Below, piece after piece: positions 30,850 through 43,800 of a stretch of 64,000 nucleotides of DNA. How positions within the stretch are numbered: position 1 is the stretch's first letter; the number at the start of each line of letters is the position of its first letter. The translations under genes and the position numbers were made by a program. This DNA is from Candidatus Obscuribacteraceae bacterium. Lineage in GTDB: Bacteria; Cyanobacteriota; Vampirovibrionia; Obscuribacterales; Obscuribacteraceae. Location: NCBI GenBank assembly GCA_044226015.1, contig JBGAHS010000004.1, forward strand, positions 320,001 through 384,000, read 5' to 3'. The notes below the pieces were generated by a model that ran no database searches, had not been told where the DNA came from, and saw nothing but the letters and a program-made list of their open reading frames with translations.

Positions 30850-31386
30850 TTATGTCGATAACTCTTCTTTCAAAATGGCAAACTGAAGCGTATCTCTCCA
30901 TTCACCGCGAATTTTACAGTCTTTAATGAAATGCCCTTCCTGTCTCATTCCTATCTTTCGTAGTACACCTGCAGAACCGAGATTATTTGCGTCACAGGTA
31001 GCCGTCATTCGATGCAATTTCAAATTAGCGAATGCATATTCCATTACTGCTCGAGCTGCTTCTGAGGCATAACCCTGTCGCCAGTATTGGCGGTTAAAGC
31101 AATAGCCCATCTCGGCTTGCTCCTGGTTCTCATGAATGCGAAGACCACAAGCTCCAATCAACTGCTGATCGGCCTTGAGTGTGATCGCAAACTCATAGAT
31201 TTTGCGGGGTTTTTCTTTTTGACAATGCAGAGTGCCATCTAGAAACGAGACGGTTTCATCAGACGTGTTTGGTCCCCATTCAAGATATTTCACAACCTCA
31301 GGGTCGGCAGCATACAAATGAACTGCCTTCCAATCTGATTTCACGAATTCTCTAAGTATCAGTCTTTCTGTTTCAATTAATGGCAT
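30850..31386 (-). CDS. RimJ/RimL-family GNAT acetyltransferase
   Basis: IETERLILR, EMGY, YWRQGYASEA, NLGSAGVLRKIGMRQEG. Confidence 0.9.
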   Translation of the reverse strand: MPLIETERLILREFVKSDWKAVHLYAADPEVVKYLEWGPNTSDETVSFLDGTLHCQKEKPRKIYEFAITLKADQQLIGACGLRIHENQEQAEMGYCFNRQYWRQGYASEAARAVMEYAFANLKLHRMTATCDANNLGSAGVLRKIGMRQEGHFIKDCKIRGEWRDTLQFAILKEELST

Positions 31387-31546
31387 TTGCTAATTTTACA
31401 CCGCCAGAATAGTCTAAAAGAGACAGCCGCTCTTGCCAAGAGTCGGGCGTTCACCATCACTAAGATAAGGCTAAAAACGGCGCTTTTGTATACCTACAGA
31501 TGTACGATCGTCAAACAAATACACTGATGACCAGGAGGTCCTCTTC

Positions 31547-31957
31547 ATGACTCAGGTTCTTGTCTCTAATTCTGCAGATCAGGGAATGAAGCACGAAATC
31601 AATGCTGGCACGCATAAGATGATTTCTGACGCCGGAAAGGACATCGGTGGTGAAGAGTCAGGACCAAACCCTCATGAGCTTCTGTTGGCTTCGCTCGGCG
31701 CCTGCACTTCAATGACCTTAAAAGTTTTCGCTCAGAGAAGAGGCTGGAAGCTTGATGAAGTGCATGTCAAGCTTGATGAGGAAATGGTGGAAGATCCAAA
31801 CACTCCCGGAAAGAAAATCGCCAAAATCACCCGGGATATTCAAGTTCGGGGCGACCTTACAAAAGAGCAACTCGACACTCTCAAGTCGATAGCCGACAAA
31901 TGCCCTATCCACAAAATCTTGACTGAGTCTAAGCAAATAGTGACATCGTTGAACTAA
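31547..31957 (+). CDS. OsmC-family protein
   Basis: GPNPHELLLASLGACT and ADKCPIH; AGGAGG RBS. Confidence 0.9.
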   Translation: MTQVLVSNSADQGMKHEINAGTHKMISDAGKDIGGEESGPNPHELLLASLGACTSMTLKVFAQRRGWKLDEVHVKLDEEMVEDPNTPGKKIAKITRDIQVRGDLTKEQLDTLKSIADKCPIHKILTESKQIVTSLN

Positions 31958-31963
31958 GCGATA

Positions 31964-32854
31964 ATGTCGCGTTTTGATTTGAGCCTGATTGAAGCTGGGC
32001 TCAGTACCTATTTAGTTGCTAAATCTGGGCAAAACGAAATTTGGGACGAGATTGTCTCTACCAATGATCGCGCGATTGAACTTGCCTTGAATGGTGCAGA
32101 GGAAGGGACGCTGGTTCTTGCTCGAAAGCAGACTGCTGGAAGAGGACGACAAGGGCGTACCTGGGTTTCGCCTCGCGATGCCGGCATCTTTATGAGCTTT
32201 ATTTTTCGCCCAAAACTGGAAGCACAAATGCTTCCGCTTTTCAGTTTTGTTGCTGCAGTTGCAGCAGCGACTGCAATTGAAAATGTTACTGGAACCAAGA
32301 TAGGATTGAAATGGGTCAATGACCTCGTATATGGTGGCAAGAAGTTGGGTGGTATTCTCGCTGAGATGCCAGGTTCTCAACGCTCTGTGGCCCGACCATC
32401 GAGTGCAGAGGCTAATGAAGCCAGCTTGCGTGACGGAGCCCAAAGCCCCCATTGGTTATTGCCACCAGCTTTAATTCTTGGAATGGGAATGAATCTTTCT
32501 CTTGAAGGCATAGAATTGCCTGCGGAATTGCAGGGCAAAGTTGAGTCGCTCGATAATATCTGTGGTGGCAAAGTTGATGCAAATCAAATTGTTGCTGAAC
32601 TCTGTAATTCTCTTGAAGAGCAATACAATCATTTGCGGCATAGCACACCAGAATTGGTAATCGACGAGTGGAAGAAATACTCGCATACACTGGGCAAGAG
32701 AATTCGGGCAAGTGTAGGAAATGAAGAACTCGAAGGCACCGCTAGTGATATCACCCCATCAGGAGCACTTGTGCTGACGCAAGATGATGGTTCTGTGCGT
32801 ATACTGCATGCTGGCGAGATAAGCATCAGGATGCAGGACGGCACGTACAGTTGA
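31964..32854 (+). CDS. birA: biotin--[acetyl-CoA-carboxylase] ligase (no N-terminal HTH)
   Basis: STN, QTAGRGRQGRTW, KWVND, KLGGIL, C-terminal GALVL...AGEI. Confidence 0.93.
   Translation: MSRFDLSLIEAGLSTYLVAKSGQNEIWDEIVSTNDRAIELALNGAEEGTLVLARKQTAGRGRQGRTWVSPRDAGIFMSFIFRPKLEAQMLPLFSFVAAVAAATAIENVTGTKIGLKWVNDLVYGGKKLGGILAEMPGSQRSVARPSSAEANEASLRDGAQSPHWLLPPALILGMGMNLSLEGIELPAELQGKVESLDNICGGKVDANQIVAELCNSLEEQYNHLRHSTPELVIDEWKKYSHTLGKRIRASVGNEELEGTASDITPSGALVLTQDDGSVRILHAGEISIRMQDGTYS
32589..32854 (+). repeat. direct repeat A copy 1 (birA 3' end)
   Basis: Matches 34383-34648 at offset 1794; 7 substitutions counted by eye plus a different stop codon. Confidence 0.95.
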
Positions 32855-32952
32855 CGAGTCTCCAGTCTGATCCTTTTTAGATTACGTCGAATTCTTTCGT
32901 CGCTTCTTGCATCTAGAGAACCAAGTTCTAATAACAACCTTCCGAGAAGTGC

Positions 32953-33861
32953 TTAGGTTTGGCTCGCATCCGATGCTGATTCAGGAATTGAATGGTGTGT
33001 GTGCTCGAAGATTCCGAGTTTCTTAAACAGTAGGTATCCAATAAAGGCAGTAGAACAGAAGCCAAAGAATTCAAATTTTGCATCCGAATGAAGTATGGTG
33101 AAAACAGAGTTTGTCTCTAGAGTTCCTCCCTTATAGTTCACTACAGATGCTGTGAATACGTTCTGTGCAACGTGGCAACCTATTGATAGTTCCAGGCTTC
33201 TAGATTCAATTGTGATGAAGGTAAGAAAGAAGCCGATGCTGAAATAGGTTAAGAAGCCAAAGATAAGATCAGCGGAAATTTCCGGGTTCGCCATATGGGG
33301 CAAACCAAATAGAATTCCAATCAATGAAGAAAGAAGTATTGCATTCTTGCTGAAACGAGACAGCGCTTGCAGAATATATCCCCTAAAAAACAATTCCTCA
33401 GAACCTGCCTGCAAAAAAGTTAAAGGAACTATCAGCGGAAGTTGAGCAAGAATTTCTGGTTTAAAAGAAAATGCATACTCTGACGGTCGAAGCAGATAAC
33501 CGATAAGTTGAGCTACCCCATTTAGCATAAACCAGCATAAGGCGCCTATTCCCATTACTTTCCAGTTTATTATGGCAGACGGCGTAATTAGCGTCTTGCA
33601 TTTTCTACCGTGCAAAAATGCAGTACTCATAAACACAGAAATAGTTAGTGGCGAGAACGAGGCACAACTTGCAACGTATTCTCGAAACTCGTTTTTTGGG
33701 AACTTTGATGGGTAGATAATTGCTGGACAAATAAGAAATGCGAGTATGGAACCCAGAACAATCCAGCAAAACAAAATGATCGGAAGCGCGACAGCATAGC
33801 GCCACGCCGCCTGCTTTCCGGTGCTCGAAATGTCTAGAAATTCGTTTGTAGAGTTTGTCAT
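32953..33861 (-). CDS. CPBP/Abi (CAAX protease family) intramembrane metalloprotease
   Basis: SEELFFRG, FGLPH, HVAQN motifs; multiple TMs; visibly AT-richer than flanking genes. Confidence 0.9.
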   Translation of the reverse strand: MTNSTNEFLDISSTGKQAAWRYAVALPIILFCWIVLGSILAFLICPAIIYPSKFPKNEFREYVASCASFSPLTISVFMSTAFLHGRKCKTLITPSAIINWKVMGIGALCWFMLNGVAQLIGYLLRPSEYAFSFKPEILAQLPLIVPLTFLQAGSEELFFRGYILQALSRFSKNAILLSSLIGILFGLPHMANPEISADLIFGFLTYFSIGFFLTFITIESRSLELSIGCHVAQNVFTASVVNYKGGTLETNSVFTILHSDAKFEFFGFCSTAFIGYLLFKKLGIFEHTHHSIPESASDASQT

Positions 33862-34110
33862 CGTCTAGCCCGTATATGTGATAGCAGATTGAAGAGAATA
33901 GATATGCAAAATCGCAAGCATGCTTATCTTACAAGATCGAGATCGAGTGTTTTGGTGCGCTCTTCTATAAAATTGCCACAAGGAGGAAAGCTCACCGTTG
34001 TTGGGGGCTAATGGTTTGTCATTAGCAATTGCATTCTCAAATGCTCTTGCCGCTGGTGGTCAGGTTAATCTGATGGAATCTGAATTCATGTTCTCCCAAT
34101 GCTTTTCATT

Positions 34111-34385
34111 CAAGCTTAATGTCTGAAAAGCATCGGTGCGTAACGAAAAAAAGAATGATTAAGGCTCGCTTATGATTAGCGGCTGTTATCAAGATCGTCT
34201 GTGTTATCCTCACATTCAAGTGTAAGAGCCAATCAGTCGGGAGCTCCAGCTTGAACGGAGTAAAAGAATGTTTCCCCTCTTTGATGACAACGACGATGGT
34301 TCGTCGTGGCATTGCTACTAATTTTTTGATTCTTTTGAATCTGATTTCCTTTGTGTTGCAAGCGATCGATCCATCTTGGACGTTG
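34111..34385 (+). pseudogene. repeat B copy 1: upstream region plus frameshifted 5' fragment of the rhomboid gene
   Basis: Aligns with 44251-44527; ATG at 34268; 2-bp deletion (TCGTGGC vs TCGTGTGGC) gives MFPLFDDNDDGSSWHCY*; truncated at 34385. Confidence 0.9.
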
Positions 34386-34648
34386 TTGCGGAACTCTGTA
34401 ATTCTCTTGAAGAGCAATACAATCATTTGCGGCATGGCACACCAGAATTGGTAATTGACGAGTGGAAGGAATACTCGCATACACTGGGCAAGAGAATTCG
34501 GGCAAGTGTAGGAAATGAAGAACTCGAAGGCAACGCGAGTGATATCACCTCATCAGGAGCACTTGTGCTGACGCAAGATGATGGTTCTGTGCGTATACTG
34601 CATGCTGGCGAGATAAGCATCAGGATGCAGGACGGCACGTACAGTTAG
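34383..34648 (+). pseudogene. repeat A copy 2: 3' fragment of birA
   Basis: Encodes VAELCNSLEEQ...QDGTYS, nearly identical to the BirA C-terminus, with no catalytic N-terminal part. Confidence 0.93.
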
Positions 34649-34845
34649 TAATTCTGCACGCTAATAACCACCAGCTAAACTGAATGAAATCGCCTCGCTG
34701 GAATGCTAAACAAGCAGGTCAACTAACAGTTGCGCTAAAGGCTACAGATAAAACCGTTGCGAACGTCAAAAAAAAGATGCTTTACTACCTGTAAATGTGC
34801 GAAAATAGATATAGACGTTAATGCTATTGCCTACAGATTGAAGCA

Positions 34846-37800
34846 ATGCGCAAATTTCATTTCGCATCACTATCTCTGCTCTCCTTTTTGAGCCTTTACT
34901 TCGGGCTGTATACAGCTGCACGAGCTGAAACTCCTTCTCCTCTCGATCGGACTGGCTTTCGACCGGGAGCGCAGGCTCCTCAAGCTGGTTCTAATTTGTA
35001 TCTTGGCGAACGCGCCATTCGGGTAGTAGATTTCAGCAAATCTCCGGTATTGGATATCAGAGGTAACCTTAATGTAAGTCGTGGCGCAATCCTCTACGCG
35101 GTTTCAACGAATCCGGCAATCGACACCGCAATAATCAGAGCCTACAGCATTTTCAACAGTGGATTGATTACTACTGTTCTTCCTCAAGGCGGAATTTCAG
35201 GATACTCAAATGCAATTCCGGGGCTAAATCTTTCTCTCATAGCGACTCACAAGTTGATTAATTCAGGACAAATCAGCAGTGCGGGAAACCTCAACCTTTG
35301 CGCTGGAGAATTGCTTAGCAATGGAAACAATTCCATTGTGCAAGCAATAAATAACCTGAATGTTTTCACTCCCGTTTTAGTCAATGCTGGAACAATGAGT
35401 GCGCAAAATTCCAACGTCACCATCAATAGTGCTTCATTGCTTTCGGCGACACTGAATAATTTGCCAAATTCTGCGGAACTAACCAACACCCTCAGCAATA
35501 GTTCGTTGAGCAACATATCGACGCAAATAACTAACAGCGGCTCGATACTAGCAGCTGCCGGAAACATCGATATCTCAGCAATAGCTGGCTCCGCACTAGC
35601 AATCGATAACAACCGTGGACTTATTAAATCCACCGGCGGCGACATTTCATTAGACGGCTCGTACGGCAAGAATGTTAGTTTGTTCGGTGGTACTATGCAA
35701 GGGGAAGCAGTCGCTGCCACTGCACCTGGTGCAAAGGTTGATCTCCATGCAGAAAGAATTGATGGAGCTGTTACTATCACTGGAGCCGTTGCCGCCGCAT
35801 CTGCTGAGCATGGCGACCTCAACATAGCTCAACTAAAACTTAGTGACGATCCTATCTTTGCGCTACGAGGGGGCGGCACTCTCACCATACAGGGGTTCTC
35901 CGCCGCATCTGCTAGTGACTTTGTGGCTTTGTCAGAGGGCGATATTGTCCTCTCTGGGACTGTCAATACCTCTGGTGGTTCGATAACTGCTGTGGCTGGG
36001 CACCTCTTCAAGGGTGAAAATGGTGACCCCTGTACGCACTGTTCCGGGAAATATTCAATACTAGGGTCGTCACCCAGTGGCGGTACCCTGACAATCAAAA
36101 CTGTGAATCTCGAGGCAGGTTCTAACAGCGTAACGCTTCAGGCAGATAAGCTCTACGTCGATTTCATACCAGGACCTGCTGCAAATGTCTATTCCCGGAT
36201 TCATGGAGGAAAAATCGTCATCAATGCGGATTCGATTGGTTTTGATAGCGTTCATCTCACTGTTTCTGCCGACGGTGCCACGGGGGGCACTGTTGATATT
36301 TCCACAACAAACACTCTAGCCATCGGAAATCGAATGGAGATTCATGCTGACGGAAGCAGTGGATCTGGCGGAAGAATCAGTATTAACTCAACTGCTGACA
36401 TTCTCTTGGTATCGCCGCAAGCGCTGACGGTAGACGCTTATGGTAGTGGCACTGGCGGTACTATTTCGTTAAGCAGCACCGATAGTATAGCCTTGTCTTC
36501 TTTAGCAATTAAGGCTGGTAACAACGGAGACGGAGGTAAGATAATCCTTTCTGGAGCAGATGTAGGCGCATTTGGCCATGCTGATTTGTCGGTAAACGGA
36601 AGTGGTGCTGGTTCTGGTGGGCAGATTTCGCTTCATGCAAAAGGTTCAGTGTTACTAGGTTCGAGTGAAGACCTGCAACTAGACTCACTTTCACTCTCGG
36701 CCACAGGCGGCTCCGCCAATTCATCTGCCGGTGACGGAGGTTCAATTCAAGTTAGCGCATTTGGTCTTGTCGTAGATCCTAACTCTTTGAATGTAAAAGC
36801 TCTGGGAAATCAGGGAAAAGGCGGCACGATAGACTTGTCGTCATCGTTTCGAGACCTCACTCTAAATGGCTCGATTGAAGCAAATGGACCTACGGGTGGT
36901 GGTAGCATAAAAATAAACACCGAAACACTCAAGCTTCCAACAGATCGCTCCGTATCGCTTACAGCATGCTCACTTGCAAGCGGGACCGGAGGCTCTATAT
37001 CCGTTACGAGCAGCATGAGCACGCAATATCTTTTGCTAGGACACGATAACGGTAATTTGAACATCAATACTGACGGATACAATGACGGAGGAACTGTTGC
37101 TGTCTCCGTTGCAAACTTGTCGATTGGAAGCGGCGGAATCTCAAGCCAGGGGCTTAATGGTGGAAGTGTTGATCTCAAAAGCGATGTAATTACGATAGGT
37201 TCAAACTCTATCAACTGCTCCGGATCGTCAGGTGTGGGTGGGCACATCACGATTAAGAGTAAGGATTTAACACTTGTCGATTCCAGTCTTGATGCTAGTG
37301 CATACAATGGCGGAATTATCGAAATAAGTTCTGACAAAATTACTGCTTACGGCAAAAACCTGATCAATGTTTCTGGCACCTTGCTGAGTAAGGGCGGACT
37401 AGTCTCTATTCAAACAAGTGGTTCACTAGCTCTGGGTGACCAATCAGGTCAGATAGAGTTATCTTCAATTGGTGGAGGCAATCAAGTCGTCGTGGATGCG
37501 AAAGAGGATCTTTCTCTTTTTGAAAATGCGTTTGATATAAGTCAAAGCAACAATCCCTTTGGTGGTGCAAGTATTACACTGAGTGCTGGTAAGACGTTGT
37601 CTCTATTTGATGGTATCAATGTATCTGGAACAGCAAATGGAAATGGTGGCATCATCACTATTTCAGCTAGCACATTGGCTTTGGCACAAGACAAAAATAT
37701 TCATCTGTCGGCGAATGCAGCGGGAATTGGTTCAGGCGGAACAGTAAAAATCACTACGGGGAACCCCCTTTCTATTTCTAATGCAGCAGGCAACTTATCT

Positions 37801-40800
37801 CTGTCTGCAACCGGTGGCTCTGAATTAGCAGCTTCGGGAAACGGAGGCTCGATTCAAATTTCATCGAGTGGGCCATTAGATTTATCGGCAGAAGCTATTA
37901 GCGTTGCTCCTTTAGGTCTTTCTGGGACAGGAGGAAATTATGATTTTAAAACAAGCGCCGATTTCATTTTGCATGGCTCGTTGAGTGCCGATGCAGCCGC
38001 TAACGGAGGAAATGGCGGAGTCATCAATATTTTTGCGGCTAAATCTTTTATTGCTGATAATGGAAGTGCAATTACGGCTCGGGCGTTTGGCGGAAATGGT
38101 AATGGCGGGAAAATTTCAGCCACATTTTTTACACAAACAATTCAGGGGACCTGCTTAAGCGGATTGCAGGTTATTGCTGATGCTAGTGGAAATGGTGCTG
38201 GGGGACAGATTTCACTTAGCACTGCGAGAATTCTTGGCTCCCCTGTAGTAGGTGGCGATATTTTGCTCGGAGAATCTGCGGGCGAAATCTCTCTGAGTGC
38301 AAGATCTTCCGGTTTGTCCACCGGTGGTTGTATCACTGTTCTTGCTCAAAATAATATAACGGTTAATCAGAATGCTATCGCGCTAAATGGACTTTCTCCA
38401 AGCGGTGGCTCGGGAAGATTGATTTTAGTTTCTTCTTACAATAATTACGGGGCGAATTTTGCTGGAAAGCTAACAGTGAATGGAAGTATTAGCATACTAA
38501 ATTCTTCCGGACTTCCAGCAGGAGAGATTTATCTCTCTGCAGGACGAAATGGAATTAGAGATACCACATTCGGTATCACAATCAATAGCGATCTCCAAGC
38601 CGGCTTGATCAGCGTAGTAAATTGGGGGGATAAAAACTCAACGACTGTCGTCCGGGGTGGCGTGTCGTTAACCGGAAACACGGTTGCCATAGCCACTCCG
38701 AGCTTAATCGTAGACGGTGATGATACAGCGAAGATTTCCATTAATGCTCAAAATCTTGCAATCGCTGTGCAAACCCCTGGAGCATCAAATAAATTGGTAT
38801 TAGGGCTCGCAACGACACCCGGTACCGTTTCAATCTTGTTGCCCGACGGTATGCAACAAAACGATCCGAATTTTGTTCTTCGCGCAGGTGTTTTATATCT
38901 CGGATCCAATGGAGAGATTCCGATCACAACCATAGATGACAGTCTGTATGGCTCGACAACAGAAAATTATAAGGTTAGTGGAACTGGCAGTTTTGGTTCA
39001 GCCATTGCTCCGCTGAAAATCGACACTGTTAATTTGGAAGTACATTCGGGGGGCGATGCCTATCTAGAGAATAAGTCTCAAAGCGCAGCAGCGACTATTT
39101 ATGTGAGTGGTGAAGCTCAGGGAAATCTTGATTTGACCACAGACGTCCCGCTGTTTGTGGGAAGTCAACAGCCGATCATTGCCTCGAAATTGTTTATTAA
39201 TGCCGGTGTCCAGGCAATTCTCCAGCTAGTTATTACTGATTACCTAAGTATCAAAAGTACCGGCTACGCAACTGCCTTAGTAAAAAAGAACTCTGCGCCA
39301 TTCATCGAAATAGGCGATAGTAGCGGTGCGCCCCTGTTAGTCACTAGTGATGATGCAATTTACGTAAACGGTAACCTGTCGGGAAGCGAAATTGTAGTTA
39401 ATAGCAAGAGCAGTTTGATAGTCAATGGAAATGCAGAGGCAAAACCCTCCGGACTGCAAAACGGACTTGTGGCATTTACTGGCAAGCTAGGACTGGAATT
39501 GAACGGCTCTATCGTTTCTGAAAATACAGAATTATCTACCAACGGACTAGCGAAGATTTCAGGTGACAATAGCTCGAAATCCTTATTCGTAACAAGCAAA
39601 GACTGCATTCAGCTTCCAAGTTCAAAGATTAGCACCGATTTCTTAGCAGCTTATTGTGGGTCTGTCGACCTTCAATCAAGCGACAACAGTATTTCACGTT
39701 TGATGCTGCAGTCCGCTGGAACTGGAAAGTTAAGCAGTACTATTCCCATTGAGATAATTCTGGATAAAACTTTGGTTTTTAACCCAGATCTAAACAAGAT
39801 GAATAGTGTTGCCGGCGATTTTGTAGTGAATGCTCCAGGGCTCATCTTTTCGGGACCGCTTGAAGTCGGAGCAAACCTCATTCTCCAATCAAATGCTGTG
39901 AATCATAGTTTCAGCGTTGGTTTGAATGAAGCTGGTTCTCTGAATGCCGTTGGAGCAATTCTAATCAATCAAGAAACATTCGGTCCTGTTTCAATCGGAA
40001 CGTTAACACCTGGTGGCTTGCAATTTGGAGGCAGTCATCTTTTGTCTTTTGCTGCTGGTGCCGCTGTTACTCCAAGCGTGGTTTCGTCCTCTGGTCCCAT
40101 CAAGTACACTCACGATGCAGCCGGTCAAATCCTCACAAGTGGCGGTTCGCTCGTTTTCTCAGGAAAAACATCTTTTGCAAGCACCACCGCAATTCAATCT
40201 GTGTTCGGCGCAAGTGAAGTTGAAGCCGCATCGAGCGTCGATGTCACAGGTGACTTAACTGTAAGAGCAAATGCAATCATCAATCCAAACGGGTTTAAAG
40301 CAAGCGGAATAATATATTTCGACCTTCAACTTGGTCGAACTATTACAAATCCTAATGGCGACATAGTTTTGACAAGCAACATGCTGATCAATAGTGGAGG
40401 ATCAAGTTTAACTCTTCTTGCAGCCGGTAACATTGTCGCAAATGGCGTTCCATCGATAAATCTAAGCACGGCGAAGGGGCTTGGTGGACAGCTGAACATC
40501 TTTGCTGGTTCTGCATTTGAGCAGGACCCGTTAGATCAAAGCAAATATCTGGTCACTGGCGCTTCCACCATGGGCGGTGACATATCACTTTCTAAGGTTT
40601 CTATAAATACCAGTTCAACAAGCAAATTATTTACAGCTGTAGATGGTGGAGATGTAAACCTTATCGCAAACCCCGGTACAGCTGCCCACGGCACTATCAG
40701 CGTGGGTGAGATAAACACTAGCTCGGCTTACGGAACCGCTGGTAATGTCAACATTATCGGTGCTGGTGGTATCACAGTGAGTGGTAGCATAAACACGACG

Positions 40801-43800
40801 GGGGCAGCGTCAGGAGCCAATGTTCTCTTAGCCGGATCTAGTGCCAAATATCCTATCGAGTTGAGCCATAGTCGAACCATTCAGGAGCACAGCATCTTCA
40901 GCACAGGCAGTGTCACAAGTGGCTCAGCGATTTTTGTTAGCGGTGGTATAAGTACTGGTTCAAGCCAGGGAAATGGAGGAGATATTTCAATTTATGCTGC
41001 CACAAAGATTCAAACCGGTTCCCTCACTAGTTCATCTGTACGACATAGCGGCAATATTGTAATCGGCTGTAATGATGGTTCCATATTCACAGGGGAGGTA
41101 AACACTAGCGCTTTGCCCTCTTCAGATAGTGCAGTCGCTGGCGCTGGTGGCAACTTTAAATTGCTCACTGGCGGTTCAGCCAAGATAAACGGCAGTGTGA
41201 TAACAACTGGAGGCATCCCTCTAGCTGCTGCGCATGCAATTTTAGGTGATGGTGGCAAAATTGAAATTTATGGCAAGAAAATCGGCAACGTCGGGTATGG
41301 AAGCGTTGTCATTAAAGGATACCTGGATTCTTCGGGTGGTTCATGTTCTGATTGCCCACTCTCCACTGGTGGCGCAGCTGGTGGCATATTAATTGATGTA
41401 GGCTCAATTCAAGTTGCCGGTGTGAAAGCTAATAAGACGGGGCCAGCTAGCATAATTGCATCGGGTGGCAGTTCACTGGCGCATAGCGGTAGCAATGGAA
41501 ACGTTCTAATCTCAACCTATGGTACGCAAGAGCTTCCTTCAAACTTGAATCTAGGATCGTCTCTCCTAACTGAATTTGCTTTACCAGGTGCCGCTTTCAC
41601 TGTGGGCAACCCGACGCTGGTTAATGGGACACGCGGTATAATTATCAGCGGTAGTTCTGTAGTTAAGAACAACACACCAGGGACTGGAGGAATAACTGCC
41701 AATTTTATCAGTGCCGATTCAACTCCTGGCGGATTCAAGGTTGGAAGCGTTAGTATCGTTCCCTCTGGTGGCAAAGAATCGATAAATCTTGGTGGCAACC
41801 TCGTTAATATCACTCAAGGTTCTACAAGCAGAACCAAGGTGACAGCAGCTGAGGCTCTTGTTCTTTATTTGCTTGTCCGAGGAGAATCTCAGTCAATTGG
41901 TCTGAATGGCAAAGGACAATTGACCGAATCCAATCCAGCAGGGGCAAGCAGTAATGTTGTAATTCATTCTGCTGATATTCCCCCTGCAATAACAGCTCTG
42001 AATCTTAAACCAATCGATTCTCAAAAGGGAATTGACTTTACTATTAACGGCGACTACCCGACTCTTACCCTGACTGGTACTGCCAGTAATATCAATGGCA
42101 ATCTCCTCTTCAACACCGGTGGAACCGTCGCCAGTGTTTTTTCAAGCATGCCACTGCGCGTAGCGGCTGCTGGCTCGATAACAAGCGATGCTGATTTATC
42201 TATTTCATCGACCGTAAGCAAAGGTGCTCTCTCGATTGTAAACAACGGAACTATTTCTGCCAAAAACATAATTCCAATCGCAGCATCTGCCGGAATTAGC
42301 ATTGAAAATAATTCTGGTGGTTCTTTAATCGCGAATTCAATTTTGATTCCCACGTCTTTTCTCCCAAACCGCATCACGGTTAACAGCCGCGGTGTATTTC
42401 AAAACGCGAAGCTAGTCTTCGACAATTCGACTTTTCCCCTGTCAATTACAGGGGGTAATTCTGCGAATTTAACCGGTGCGGGGAATTCCCCTTTGACGAT
42501 TAGGTTAGGCGTTAAGGGCGATGTCTCTTTAGCGGGAAATTTAGCTAGTTCTAGCTCGATAGACATTTCTGCAACAACCATCAATTCGCAGCCGACAAAT
42601 TTGACTGTGGAGAATGGTGCACAGATTAGTTCTCCAAAGCAAGTTTTGATTTCTGCCACAGGCAGTTTGAATATCAAAACTAATGCCACCATCAAGAGCG
42701 GAACCGACTTGAAACTCTCCGGACTCGGCATTTCTATTTTCCCCTCCGGAACTTTAGAAGCTGTGACAGGGCTGGCAATCGACGCAAAAGGAGGACCTTT
42801 AGATTTCGCGGGATCAGTCTCTAGCTCTCGTGGTGTCGTTAGTCTAAGTTCGTCTGCAGCAGTCTCGCTTGATGGAAAATTGGTCGCTGGAACGACCAAT
42901 GGAAACCTTCCATTTCAGCCCTTGCTCAACAAACTGGCAGCCTCTTCCATAAAAATTGTTGGCGCTTCCGTCGATCTAGGAACGCGGCAGAATACAGAAA
43001 TCACTGCATCCGGTGGGGATGTAAATATTGTTGCCAAAAGCGGTGATCTGATACTTGGGTCGGCAAGCGGCAAGAATTCAATGCAAGCATACGGCGGCAA
43101 TGTGATTCTGTTGGCTAAGGGGAATATCCTTGGTGCGTCGGGTAATGTGATCAAGGCTAGTTCGCAAGGTGGCAGCTCTGCCATTGGTGGTGGCATAGAG
43201 TTAGGAGCTGGTGTGACTAACAGCTCTATTTGGACGGCTAATTCACAGAAATCGGGAACTGTAAAAGGAGTTTTTGCAAGTGATTATGACCTGCGAAATC
43301 CAACCAGTGGCGCCAATACTAGTGGCGTTGTTTTGTCCACTTCCAATGGTAGTCCGGCGACAACAGCAAATATCAATCTAAGCAGCTCAGGTTCCCAGCA
43401 AGCAATTCTAGAGCTTCAAGGCGGAAAGCAAGTCTTTCACGCAACTGGGAGTGCTAACAAAATCAATCTGGATGGAGGCTCTTTCTCCGTAACTTCGTTA
43501 AAGCCAGTTTGTCTTAGATCAGAATCGGATATTCGTCTTCGCAATTTAGTCAGTGAGAATAATTTGAATGAAATGAAGGCTAGAACAATAGCGCATTTAA
43601 TAACAGAGGGAAGCGATGAGATTCTCGCATTGCAGGCTGAGGATGAACAAAATCATTTGAAAGCAGCACAATCAGAAATTGTGCTTCACAACGCCAATGT
43701 ATTTATACGACCGGTGGTGAAAACGATGCTTATATCTAAGTTTGGAACTATTGAATGCAGAAAAGGGGCGCAGCTTTACCTCGTTTGTGACGAAAGTAGC

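Noticed and set aside
32589..34648. birA 3' duplication as a DGR template/variable repeat pair
   Set aside because: Substitutions are not adenine-specific and there is no reverse transcriptase in the window
34268..34648. Functional rhomboid-BirA fusion gene
   Set aside because: The frame from ATG 34268 stops at 34319-34321; without the 2-bp deletion the junction would be out of frame with birA
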